A stretch of 64,000 bases of DNA from Tetramitus jugosus. Taxonomy: Eukaryota; Protista; Heterolobosea. The notes below the pieces were generated by a model, which was not told where the DNA came from, made no database searches, and saw only the letters and a list, made by a program, of their open reading frames with translations. Location: assembly GCA_937625935.1 (NCBI GenBank), contig OW569362.1:62001-126000 (forward strand), given 5' to 3'. A program made the translations under genes and the position numbers. Positions 9,738-20,181 of the stretch are shown piece by piece (within the stretch, counting starts at the first letter, position 1; every line of letters begins with the position of its first letter).

Positions 9738-10899
9738 CTAAAATAATTGGACATGGATCTTGAGAAGCTTCTCTTTCCACTCTCTTTCTGTTGGGTTGTT
9801 CCAGTCGAGTTCTTCCTCTAGGCCTTTGAGTCCCATTCCTACTTGACTAATGTGATCATTGTGTGCTTTAATCATACTATACAATTGTGCTATCGAAGCG
9901 TCCTTTTGTTGAATTATGGATTCATAATGTTCTGTCATGTGAACCATTCGTTCTTCATGCCTGACTTGACTGGTATAAGCGACTCCATACACGATACGGA
10001 TCACTCTCCAGAAACGAAGTAACAGCAACAGACCTACGACAATATCCTCAGACACTCCATACACAATTTCCAACACCAACGATGTAATGACAATAGCTGC
10101 ATCAAACACAAAGAGAAACTTCGTAAAGAATCTCCACCCAAAAGCTACAATCTTGAGGAATATTTCAATAACAAATATACCCAGGATAGTGAGAGTGAAA
10201 CCATACAGGACACGGTGAACGACCTTGGTCGACGGTTTCTCGTGCCCCTTTTCCTTTTGTTCCTCAATTAGTATCTCCACACTCGTGATGACAACATCTA
10301 ACAAGAGCAAGAAGATGATGAAAACTTGTGCCCAATGACTCTCCAAGTGCTCTGCCAACCATTTCTGAAACTTCTGAAACTTGTTTAATCTAATGATATT
10401 GAAGAATAGATTCAGTTAAGGCTTGATTAGAAAATAAATGGTTCTGTTGAATAAAAACATACTCCTCTGGAGACTTGCCGTGGGTGTGATGCAAGAGATT
10501 AGTAGAGAAGAAAAATTTCATGAATCGATGAAAGTGAGAGGTATCAGCATGCTCAGTCATTAAGGCTTGATCTGTTGGAAGCAAGGGTTGGCTTGTGGAG
10601 GCACGACCACCATGATAATGGTTAAACTGAGAAAAAGAACGGCTTCTCATTCCATGGAGAGGGGTACTCTCCTCAACGATTGGTACAACAGGTGGAGATT
10701 GTCCATTACGAGAGTGATCAAAAAAGTCTTTATCGGTACTAAAATTTTGGTCTGAATTCTGGTGGGACATGTTACTTTCATGTGAGTTGTAAGAAAAAGA
10801 CTGAGGGTTGGTTTGGGCAACGGTGGGAACAAGAACAACATTTTGAGCGTTGGGATAGCCTCGTTGGTGAGAACTACCCTCTTCACTATTGTTTATCAT
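9738..10899 (-). CDS. HVCN1: Voltage-gated proton channel Hv1, 2 exons (intron 10390-10462)
   Basis: Four TM helices, S1 Asp (LLLLDVV), S4 signature RFWRVIR (RxWRxxR), C-terminal coiled coil, no pore domain. The GTATGT..TAG intron joins the two ORFs in frame. Confidence 0.9.
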
Positions 10900-10997
10900 G
10901 ATGTTTACTTCGGTTTGTTTTGAATTGTATTGAACGATTTGAGTTGACCACTCCTATTTTTGTTCTTTGCTTATTTTGACAAAGATGATGGTTTTTA

Positions 10998-11007
10998 TGG
11001 CGCCAAA
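10998..11007. promoter_or_regulatory. E2F-like site (TTTGGCGCCA on the minus strand) in the divergent promoter between Hv1 and the 11123 gene
   Basis: Matches TTTSSCGC. The same core recurs at 6674, 17103, 25797 and 45292. Confidence 0.4.
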
Positions 11008-11122
11008 CATTTTCCCTCCTTTTTCACTGAAAGGCTCAAATTACACTATGAGAGAGGTCACGATCAGAGAAAATTTGAAGCTCTAATCAATACAAAATAC
11101 ACATCACCACCTTCATCATCCA

Positions 11123-12475
11123 ATGTTCATTCATCAGCTCTATCATCCTCAAGAACGACAACAACTCTCTCCAAGCCATGTGATCAATGATGAGAATAGA
11201 GCTCCTCCATCAGCCACTCCACTGAGAGCTAAGCTTCCACAACAACACTCCAAGCTACAGCTACAACAACCAAAGCTCTCACTACTACATCCACCACAAC
11301 CACCACTGACACAGCTTCAACCAAAGTTCAAGTTGATAGCGAACACGAACCAACCACTTCACTCAAGCATCAACAACACTAACATCAAACACAGTCACAA
11401 CAATCACATGATTCAAAATGAGTCTCATCTCATCAAGAACATTACTGTCATTTGTTGTATGATCCACCAAGTGAAGAACGAGCTGGATAGACTGGTGCAA
11501 AAGAGTGAGACCAACTGGGAGAATCACATTGGCAGCTCTATTGCTTCATGGGAGAGTGAATCAGTCATGGTAGAGTTCTGCACAGAGCTCAATCCCAACT
11601 TGCTCAAGTGGCGTCAAGTCAGTCATCACATGGATCAGTTGGTACACTTGGAGAATGAAGTGTTGAACGTGTTGGACGAGTTTGTTGAACTTGTTTGCTC
11701 CAGTGTTCGCAAGTATTGCATGTTTATGGCTCAAAAACAACAGCTACGACAACCAAAATCGAATCTCAATCGTCATCACACAGCAATTGATTTCATGTCA
11801 GTGTATCAACAGTTCTGTAACAAGCGGTTCTTTAGAGAAATTGTCGTGTCCAATGAATTCAAGCATGCTCTGCAACAGCGAATACAAAAGAGCGAGAAGG
11901 AATCCAAATTGACTTCAATGACTACTCACATACCACCTGTACCACCACTGAACTACCGAAATCAAGTGATTCGTGCCTGTCAAGACAGAATGATAATGGA
12001 AGATGAAGACAGGGACAGTGAAGATGGTGATGAAGAGTGCAGTCAATTCGACATGAAGGAGCCAAGATGCAGAAGAAAACTGTTTGATGACGAGCATGTT
12101 GTTGCTTCATCGTACTCACCTAATCATCTCATTCATAGCTATTGCAAACCAATTACCTCAAGGAAAATGAACATGTCTACTGTTGCTTGTGAGGATGAGG
12201 ATGTTGATGATTGTGATGACATGGAACAAACAAATGGAAAGGAGAGTGCAGATGAAATTTGTGATGGATTAGAGCTACAAAGAAGGAGCACTACGATGCA
12301 TGCTGCAGTTTCAATTGCAACAGACATTGAGAGGTATTTGGACTGTCCTTGTCTTGAGAGAAAAAGAGATGCTTTGACAAGCCAGATACAAGAGTTGAGA
12401 ACACGGTATGCAGCACATAAGAGTGTATGTCAAGCAGTGTTGTCCAGCAACAACAGAACAGATCCAAGACAATAA
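11123..12475 (+). CDS. Hypothetical 450-aa protein with cell-cycle-type linear motifs
   Basis: Long ORF carrying DENRAP and CRRKLF motifs, a helical middle and a short C-terminal coiled coil. Confidence 0.8.
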   Translation: MFIHQLYHPQERQQLSPSHVINDENRAPPSATPLRAKLPQQHSKLQLQQPKLSLLHPPQPPLTQLQPKFKLIANTNQPLHSSINNTNIKHSHNNHMIQNESHLIKNITVICCMIHQVKNELDRLVQKSETNWENHIGSSIASWESESVMVEFCTELNPNLLKWRQVSHHMDQLVHLENEVLNVLDEFVELVCSSVRKYCMFMAQKQQLRQPKSNLNRHHTAIDFMSVYQQFCNKRFFREIVVSNEFKHALQQRIQKSEKESKLTSMTTHIPPVPPLNYRNQVIRACQDRMIMEDEDRDSEDGDEECSQFDMKEPRCRRKLFDDEHVVASSYSPNHLIHSYCKPITSRKMNMSTVACEDEDVDDCDDMEQTNGKESADEICDGLELQRRSTTMHAAVSIATDIERYLDCPCLERKRDALTSQIQELRTRYAAHKSVCQAVLSSNNRTDPRQ

Positions 12476-12666
12476 AATGATCGTAATCTTCTCCAACATT
12501 AAAAGCTCACACCCACCTGACCGAATGGGGCAGGAGTTCTGAACGGGAGACGACAGTCAATGACGGTATCTTTGATGAATCATTGCGGTGTATCTCCCTC
12601 CTCCTGCTTATTCTTGTTCTCTGCAGTGTACTTGTTCAGATCACAAAGCAGTAAGAAAAAAACAAA

Positions 12667-13584
12667 ATGATCAAGTTCAAGAGTCTGGTACTTCAAACGA
12701 CCCAAAAAACTCGTGTCTTGCAAGTAAAGCCCTTCTTTGTCTCCAATGTGACACAATCCTTCCATCAAGCATCATGTGCTCAAGATGAGGATCAAACTAC
12801 AAGTGAGACCAACAGCAACAGTGCCATCCGGTTCATTACCATTGACAATCCAACCAAGAGAAATGCACTGTCCTATCAAGTGTTGGAGAACTTGGTTTCT
12901 CAATTGAAAAGCTTATCGTTGCAGCAGAGCAGTGATACAGAAAATCAACCCAAAGTTGTCATTTTGCAATCTCATGGCCCAGTGTTCTCCTCAGGTCACG
13001 ATCTCAAGGAATTGAAGCAAAATTCAAATGATGCACAGTTTGGAGCTAGAACGATTGAACTTTGTACAGAAATGATGCAGTTGATTCGAACAATTGATCA
13101 ACCAGTGATTGCTAAAGTTCAGGGATTGGCTACTGCAGCTGGTTGTCAGATTGTGGCTGCCTGTGATTTGGCCGTGGCTGCAGATACGGCACAATTCGCA
13201 ACACCTGGAGTCAAGATTGGTCTGTTTTGTACGACTCCAGGTGTTGCTCTTGCGAGAGCAGTGTCAAGAAAGAAAGCAATGGAGATGCTGCTCACAGGCA
13301 AGCCAATCACAGCACAAGAGGCTTTGCAACATGGCTTGATTAACAAGGTTGTACCAGCAGATCAGTTAGATTCTGAAGCACTCGAGATGGCAAAGCATAT
13401 TGCCAGTGCAAGCTTTGAGACAATTGCACTTGGAAAGAAGGCTTTCTATGAACAAATTGAAATGAACACAGCAGATGCATATCAGTTCGGATGTAAGGTA
13501 ATGATAGACAATTTGTCGATGGATGATTGCATTGAAGGAATAGATGCTTTTACTTCAAAGAGAAAGCCAGTATGGAAGCATTAA
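12667..13584 (+). CDS. ECHDC3: Enoyl-CoA hydratase domain-containing protein 3-like, mitochondrial
   Basis: KRNALS, FSSGHDLKEL, GLATAAGCQIVAACDL and FATPGVKIGLFCTTPGVAL motifs; presequence-like N-terminus. Confidence 0.92.
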   Translation: MIKFKSLVLQTTQKTRVLQVKPFFVSNVTQSFHQASCAQDEDQTTSETNSNSAIRFITIDNPTKRNALSYQVLENLVSQLKSLSLQQSSDTENQPKVVILQSHGPVFSSGHDLKELKQNSNDAQFGARTIELCTEMMQLIRTIDQPVIAKVQGLATAAGCQIVAACDLAVAADTAQFATPGVKIGLFCTTPGVALARAVSRKKAMEMLLTGKPITAQEALQHGLINKVVPADQLDSEALEMAKHIASASFETIALGKKAFYEQIEMNTADAYQFGCKVMIDNLSMDDCIEGIDAFTSKRKPVWKH

Positions 13585-13589
13585 ATTTA

Positions 13590-13905
13590 GTTGTACGTCT
13601 CCTCCAGTCTTGACTTCTTCTTCGACACTTGAGAGGAAATTATCGATTTGTTCGATACCTTCCTGGCCACAACAAGCAAGCTTATAGTAATTCGGAGTTG
13701 GTGTTTTCGCGCTAATGTCAGAGACACATGACTCACTGCACACATCAATTCTTCTCGTTGCGACTAAAATCGACTTGAAAGATCTTAAAGAAGTAAAGAA
13801 GTTAAGAGCCAAGGATGTTGTGCAAAGCCGTACGCAGCTCGAACACAGCAGAAGTTGCATGATGTTATCAATTGTTGCATGCGTACGGCTTTGCACAACC
13901 CGATA
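13590..13905 (+). pseudogene. Decayed Rho/Rac-like small GTPase remnant
   Basis: Colinear fragments in different frames: IIDLFDT/LPGH (G3-like), SILLVATKIDLKD (Rho-type G4 TKxDL) and AARTQQKLHDVINCCMRTAL (C-terminal helix). There is no P-loop, and stops intervene. Confidence 0.6.
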
Positions 13906-14020
13906 AGAGCTGAAGTAAAGTTAGTTCAATCATTTACTTTCCAAAAAAACAATTCTTTCCTTTTATTAATTAGATTTGATTGTAAATCCAATCAGCCATC
14001 GTGCATAAGCAAAACGACGT

Positions 14021-14093
14021 CGCCCACCGAGGGGCTCGAACCCTCGACCACAAGGTTAAGAGCCTTGCGCTCTACCGACTGAGCTAGACGGGC
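14021..14093 (-). tRNA. tRNA-Lys(CTT)
   Basis: Reverse complement GCCCGTCTAGCTCAGTCGGTAGAGCGCAAGGCTCTTAACCTTGTGGTCGAGGGTTCGAGCCCCTCGGTGGGCG: 73-nt cloverleaf, anticodon CTT, A and B boxes, TTTT terminator 7-10 nt downstream. Confidence 0.98.
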
Positions 14094-14135
14094 TACATAT
14101 CAACTCCTAAAATAGCCATTCTCGATTCGGAGTAA

Positions 14136-14519
14136 TTACTGTAAATCTCCGAATATATGCTGAATGAAAAACTCGTCGATTGCCTGTCTTTCCTTCTTGT
14201 GAGGCTTCTTCGTGTTCGTATCTCCAGTAGGATAGTCAGACAACCACGATCTGTACTTTGCTTCACAATTCATTTGTTTTTCTATCCTGAACATTTGCCG
14301 ATCAATTTCCTTGTGTGTGAGACCACCAACAGTGCTAATCTTGCTGTCAGCTGCTGCTGAGACATCTCCATTGCAGCAACGGCTCTTCACCTCAATGTTA
14401 AACTTTTTCCTGAGTCTTGTTTTCTTGTTCGTTTGTTCCTTTTCACTTGTTTTTGGGACGACGGGAGTCCGTCTCTTTGTTTTGCCTGCTCTGCACAGTC
14501 CTCCAAAATATCTTGCCAT
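14136..14519 (-). CDS. Small basic hypothetical protein (127 aa)
   Basis: ATG preceded by a CAA-rich leader. The C-terminal half is conserved in the adjacent paralog. Confidence 0.75.
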   Translation of the reverse strand: MARYFGGLCRAGKTKRRTPVVPKTSEKEQTNKKTRLRKKFNIEVKSRCCNGDVSAAADSKISTVGGLTHKEIDRQMFRIEKQMNCEAKYRSWLSDYPTGDTNTKKPHKKERQAIDEFFIQHIFGDLQ

Positions 14520-14751
14520 TGTCTTCTTGAATGTTGTGTTGTTGTCGTTGGTGCTTTGTCGTTTTGTTTACAAAATTATGGCGTCAATCTGGAAGCAGAT
14601 CAAGAACTAAATCTCTCGAACTTTGACTTCCAATTTTAAAGTGACGTCGCGTAATCCAACAAGGCATTTTTTACTTTCACTCAAATTTTCAATTAACGTG
14701 CCAAAATATTTCCATCAGCTTCTTTGGCAGCTGGCTAAAATACATGGAGCT

Positions 14752-15000
14752 TTACTGTGAATGACCGAATGTTGCCTGAAAGTAAAACTCATCAACCATT
14801 GGTCTCTCTTTCTTGTGTGGTTTCTTCGTATTTGTGTCTCCCTTGGAAGATCTCCATTCTCTGTTCCTGTCTTCACTGAGCAACTTCTTTTCTCTCATGA
14901 ACGATTGCCGTTCGACATCCTTGTATGTGAGACCACCAACACCACCATCGACAGATGATGGTAGTTGACTCACATACAACAATTTTATCATCAGAAACAC
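14752..15000 (-). CDS. Tandem paralog of the 14136 gene; 5' end unclear (truncated or pseudogene)
   Basis: VGGLTYKDVERQ...GDTNTKKPHKKER...DEFYFQATFG aligns with VGGLTHKEIDRQ...GDTNTKKPHKKER...DEFFIQHIFG. Confidence 0.6.
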   Translation of the reverse strand: MFLMIKLLYVSQLPSSVDGGVGGLTYKDVERQSFMREKKLLSEDRNREWRSSKGDTNTKKPHKKERPMVDEFYFQATFGHSQ

Positions 15001-15233
15001 GAACCAACGACATAATAGATGTCGGAATTGAATACAAATCTTTCAGGTTAACATTATCATCGAATCACTTTTCTCAAGTGATCCAAGCACTGAAGTTGAA
15101 CCCAAATCATATCTCAGAAATAGAATCGACCAAGTTGATGAGTACATGAAGAAGGAAGCGAAAACATCTGAGCGGAATTGAAGGAGCTTTTACTTCAAAA
15201 GAGAACAGCAATGAGTCAGGCAAGAGATATATA

Positions 15234-17539
15234 TTAGTTGTCATCATTCTCGTCAGTGTCAGTCTTAATTTGATCTTCTTCAGTACTTGGCTGCAAAGTG
15301 GGAGGAACATATCCTTCTCCTCCTTGCTTGGAAGCCTTCTCAGGTTTCCGTTTCACCAACTGAAGTGCAATTCTTTCAAGCTCACCAAGCAACTTGCTTT
15401 GATCAGACTTAATAATTCCATTCTGTCTGTCTTTGATCTTCTGTAAAATGGCATCGGTCAACGAAACAACATACTGTTGTTCAACAGATTTTTCGTCAAT
15501 ATTGCTAATGGATTGGTTTGAAACTGTTTGGGTCGCACGATAAAGATTCATTTCTTCGTCCATCTCGGATTGTCTTCTAGCTGTTGCCAATCGCTCCTGT
15601 CTCATTCCCTCTTCAATTTGCTGTCTCAATATCGAATAGGCTTCACCAACAATCACCAAGAAAATGTTCAATACAGAGTACACATAAAGTGTCACAAATG
15701 TCGTTAGATAGATTCTTCCCGCATATTTGAAAAAGTTATTGAATCCAGATATCATATCATAATTTTCTCGGAGCATATCACCGGCAATAGCACTAAATAA
15801 TGTTACACTTGTTTCATCAATCGTTTGAAAATGTCTTACATAATGTCCGAACCATGTAGTTCCTGCGAGAGCATAAGCCACGAACAATGGAAACACACCA
15901 CAACAGAAACGAAGTACATCAGGAAGACCTTTCTGTAGTGTCAGTATCAGCACATAAAACTTGGCATTAAACTGAAGATAACGGATCAGACAAATGCATG
16001 TGAGCATTCCACCTAACCCAGATAAGAAATCATTTGTAATGTTGATAGATTCTCGAGATCTTCTTGATCCTTCTCTTTCTCTGATGAATAGAATGAAAAT
16101 GGCGCCAAGAATATTCAGTAAATCTCGAACTAACATGATCATGTACCACCATCCAACATAACCTTGGAACAATCGAGCCACAGAAACATATTTTCTTCCA
16201 AGCTCTCTTCGATGTTTGGCCCATAATTTACCTCGAATAATCATCGCCCTCAGGGTCAATATGGCCGATAGTAGTGTACAGATGGCGAGCAGCAATGCGA
16301 ACCAAAAGTATGGTCGAGCAGACTCAGTTTTCACCGAATTCTTTTTCAATTGCTTACAACCAGAATAATTGTATCTGATTTGTAAGGGCAAGAGAGCTGA
16401 CCGAAGATTAAAATCATAATTTAAACGAACAGTCCATGCAATACACTCCACAATGGGTGCCTTTCGTTTCAGGAGCTGTGATCCAACATCCAGAGTCTGA
16501 ACACTGAACTCAATCTCCGATGAGATCAATCGATCAAAATTGTATCTCAACTCTCGTGGATCCATGTTAGAATTCAGCAGACGACTGTACGGATGGGTTC
16601 GATTCAAAATCTCATTGTACTCTATCGAGTTTCCCATCGAGTGAACCGCATCGTTTCTATCATAGCTCGCAACCCTTGTTGCACCTTTGATCGATTGCTC
16701 ATCATCCGTCAACAAACGTCTCATGTCCGTTTTTCTGAGTCTTGTTGTCAACACTAGAAACGACTCTGTTTGGTAGGAGAGTTCAGTCTTGTTCAATGAG
16801 GCAACGACAGCTGCAGATGGATGGATGAGCTCATAGATATCAACACTATTGTCTACCAGATTATAGTACTTGTTGACCGTACCTTCAATCGAGCTTAACA
16901 CATCAGGCACAGACTTGTAATAATAGGTGTGCAGACCTTCAGAATTATCAGTCAACGACTCATAACCCTCTGGCAAAAATGTCTGAACAAAAGCATCCGT
17001 AGAGGCAGCCAAAAACTTTTTCTTTTGACCAAAAGCACTGAGAGTCTATTATATATCATTTGTTCAAAGAGTGAGTACGCGCAGTAAACGATACAACATC
17101 AATTTTTGGCGCCAAAAACACTACTTACAATAACGATCACACACAAAAGCATAATCAAATCAAGAATGAGCTTAAAGGGCAATCTTCGATACTTGATCAT
17201 TTTAGCTATTGGTCCCATGGTCAATCTGTCCTCATCACTCTCCTCCTTGATGGGCAGCACGTGATTGACCAAAAAATCTCCAATTCTTCTCGTGATTCTT
17301 GGCTGTCTCTGTCTGACTTCTGTTGTAATTTCTCGAAAACGCAGAGTACTGGTGCCACTACCACTGCTGCTTTCTTGAGCTTTGGGTGACAATGGTGAGG
17401 AATAAATAAGAGGCACACTATTGTTTTCGTCATCATCCTTTTGATTGTCGTTGTCAATGTGGATGATGTCTGATGTCACCTTTTGGTAGTCAGTTTCTGG
17501 TGCACCATCCTCGTGTGAAGACTGTGCTGGTTGCGTCAT
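15234..17539 (-). CDS. MCOLN: Mucolipin/TRPML-family cation channel, 2 exons (intron 17046-17128)
   Basis: MGPIAKMIKYRRLPFKLIL pre-S1 motif, large luminal loop, IRYLQFNAKFYVLILTL...LPDVLRFC, pore TLFSAIAGD, S6 VLNIFLVIVGEAY. The GTAAGT..TAG intron is in phase 0. Confidence 0.9.
17103..17118. promoter_or_regulatory. Perfect 16-bp palindrome TTTTTGGCGCCAAAAA (double E2F-like site) inside the mucolipin intron
   Basis: The palindrome is seen directly; its function is inferred. Confidence 0.4.
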
Positions 17540-17657
17540 TCTACTTGTGAGAGAGCAATGTTTCAAGGATGCTCAGCTTTTTCACAACGACAAAGGCTTT
17601 CGCCCCAACTTTCCAAAAGGTATTATTTATTCGGAAAAATCGGGTCCGACAGGTTGA

Positions 17658-19695
17658 TTAGGGCGATTGCTGTTCTTCAATTCCCGCCTCATCCGGTGTA
17701 GATGGCAGCTGCACGTCAGACTTTTGAATTCTGATGTGAGCTCTTTCTACTTCCTTTGTGAAATTGACAAAGAAGCTAATGTAGAGAGCAAGAATGAAAC
17801 TGACCGTAACGAGTCCGGCTGCCAATCCAGTCCACAGCCCAACCAGATGCAATTTGAAATAGAAGGCAAGGAATGCACCCAGAGGAAGTCCAATGACATA
17901 GAATCCAATGATATTAGTGAATGCTCCCATAACCTGTCGTCCCATTCCTCTGAGAGCTCCCGCAAGACACACTTGAGCACCATCGAATATCTGGAACAGA
18001 GCACAGACTAAAAAGAAATGAGGTGGTTAGAAAGCGAATGGGGAAGGGTAAAGCTCGAAGAATTGAATGTAGACATACCTGGAAGGACAGTAGATACGAG
18101 GTCCAGAACTTCAACTTCATTCGTAAACAACTTTCCGATTTGGCGTCTCAGCAGGAACAGTATGAAACCATTCAATGTCATGTACGATACTCCCGAAACA
18201 TAGGTAACCAGTACAACGACTTTAGCTTGATTGGCCAACTTTGCTCCCAAACAAACACCAACTCGAATCGAACAAGCAATCGAGATTGACAGAGGAATCA
18301 TAAATGTGAGCACAATGGTGTTTAGGGTAATTGCATGTGCAGCAGTATACTTTGCTCCTGGAAGATATCCAGAGAACAATGTTGTTAGTTCGAAGCCAAT
18401 AATCTCAAGCATCAACATGACCCTATATTTCAAATGTTAGATATCATAGAAACAGCCTAGGAAACAATAATGCACATATAGAAAACTTACATTCCAGGTA
18501 TGGCGAGCTTTAGGTATTCCGCAACACCTGGCCATGCGATCACCATCCTAAAATCATTCTTGATCCGAGTGAGCAGTGGAGGCTTAACTTCATCAGTGGA
18601 TATTTCACTCTGTTCTTTTGTTCGTTGAGTAGCATCCTTTCTCTCAACATACAACGTGTACATGATTGTAAAGATACAAACACATGTTCGAGTCAGTGAG
18701 GTAGCAATTGGAGCTCCCACGTATCCTAATCCCTTGTATCCAATACCTTGGATCAACAGCGTATTCAGCAAAACATTGATGCCATTCGCAAAAATGTTGC
18801 AAACCATTGGGAAGATGACACGGCCCTGAGCTGTCAAATACCTCGACAAAATATTCGTCACAATATAAGGATATAGTCCAATAATCAAGTATCGATTAAA
18901 CACACCTGATAGAGCAGCAATCTCTGGATTCTGTCCAAGCAATACCAACACTTGTTTTGAGAACCAAAACAGCATTGCCACAGGAAGAGCAACCAGTGTC
19001 ATTATCAAAAACGAACGACCCAAAATAATTCGCTTCACATGATCATTCTTCATTCCCTCTGCTTGACTAATCATCGTATCCTGTGCAGCCAATAAGCCAA
19101 CTGGAATAAAGCCCACACACGAAAAATAAGCGTTGGCTAACCCTGCAGCAGCCAAATACTTGTCTCCCAAATGACCCACAAAAGCAACATCTACGGCACC
19201 TAACAAAGCACCACAAACATTTCCAATAATAATCGGCCATGTGATCTTAAACATCTCGATCGCTTCTTTTTTACCATGCTTTTTCAATGCAGCTTTCAAT
19301 GGAACTTCTGCTTCATCCACATTCTCTGCATCATCACCACCATTTCCATCCATAAGTTCATCTCCATTCTCCTGGTCCAACTCAATCACTTCCAAGTGTC
19401 CATCACGATTATCAATTTTCTTCTCCATGTGATCCTCATCACCATTGTCATCCTCCTCTTGATTCTTGTTTAACCGCATACGATCATTGTGCTTCAATTT
19501 CTTTTCATACTTGTACTCATCTTCGTCTTCCTCCTCTTCTTGGTCACCGCCATTGCTATTGGTGATAGAATGGGAGGATGCATAGATGACCTGGGCAAAA
19601 GAAGATGAGGATGGCAACTCTGGTGTTTTGTCAACAAGAGGAGTAGGTGACAAGTCTGGATTGGTTTCGGGTATCGTGGTAGCTTTTATCGTCAT
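17658..19695 (-). CDS. MATE-family (SLC47/DTX-like) efflux transporter, 3 exons (introns 18423-18490 and 18008-18078)
   Basis: DVAFVGHLGDKYLAAAGLA, GLGYVGAPIATS, SIRVGVCLGA and FQIFDGAQVCLAGALRGMGRQ motifs; both introns keep the frame. Confidence 0.93.
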
Positions 19696-20181
19696 GTAGT
19701 TGTAGTTCTTCCGAGATGTTCAATTTGTGCTAAAGTCAAAATTTCTGTGTTAAATTTGTTTTGAAGCTCAACGAAAATGAGTGAGCTAATTCTCATTTTT
19801 GAACATGACAAACACGTGCGCAATGCAAGATCGAAGTGCTCTTGGACAAATGATATCTCCGTCGTGTTTCTCCGTGTTACCTTCCAGCACAGGCGAGGTC
19901 AAGCGAGGTTTTCATGATCGTAAGCCAAATTAATGTCCACACTTCATGTGGCAGACTGCTGTCGCCACTGCCACATCCATGGAGGAGAAAGTTTGTGATG
20001 GTGGAATGTGATATTGAAAGAATGCGTCGAAGTAAGACCGTACGAGGCATCTTTTCTTATGAAAGATGACAACCAACCCCAAAAGATCCGTGTGTTCACA
20101 AAACTCGATGTTTGCTTCAACACACGTGACTTCGCTTCATTACACCTTTCCCATCTAACAACCAAAACAAAGTCATATAGA

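Noticed and set aside
12555-12590. SECIS, TPP riboswitch or U-snRNA identity for the hairpin
   Set aside because: ATGA-to-AA spacing and the GA quartet do not fit SECIS; TPP core motifs and the invariant U1/U4/U5 sequences are absent.
15177-15205. ~28-nt echo of the ECHDC3 3' end (13531-13565)
   Set aside because: Short, AT-rich and gapped; too weak to call a duplication.
8653-19695. Apparent endolysosomal gene cluster (LAMTOR1, Hv1, TRPML, MATE)
   Set aside because: The genes are interspersed with unrelated ones and such functions are abundant in phagotrophs; there is no evidence of a co-regulated cluster without synteny data.
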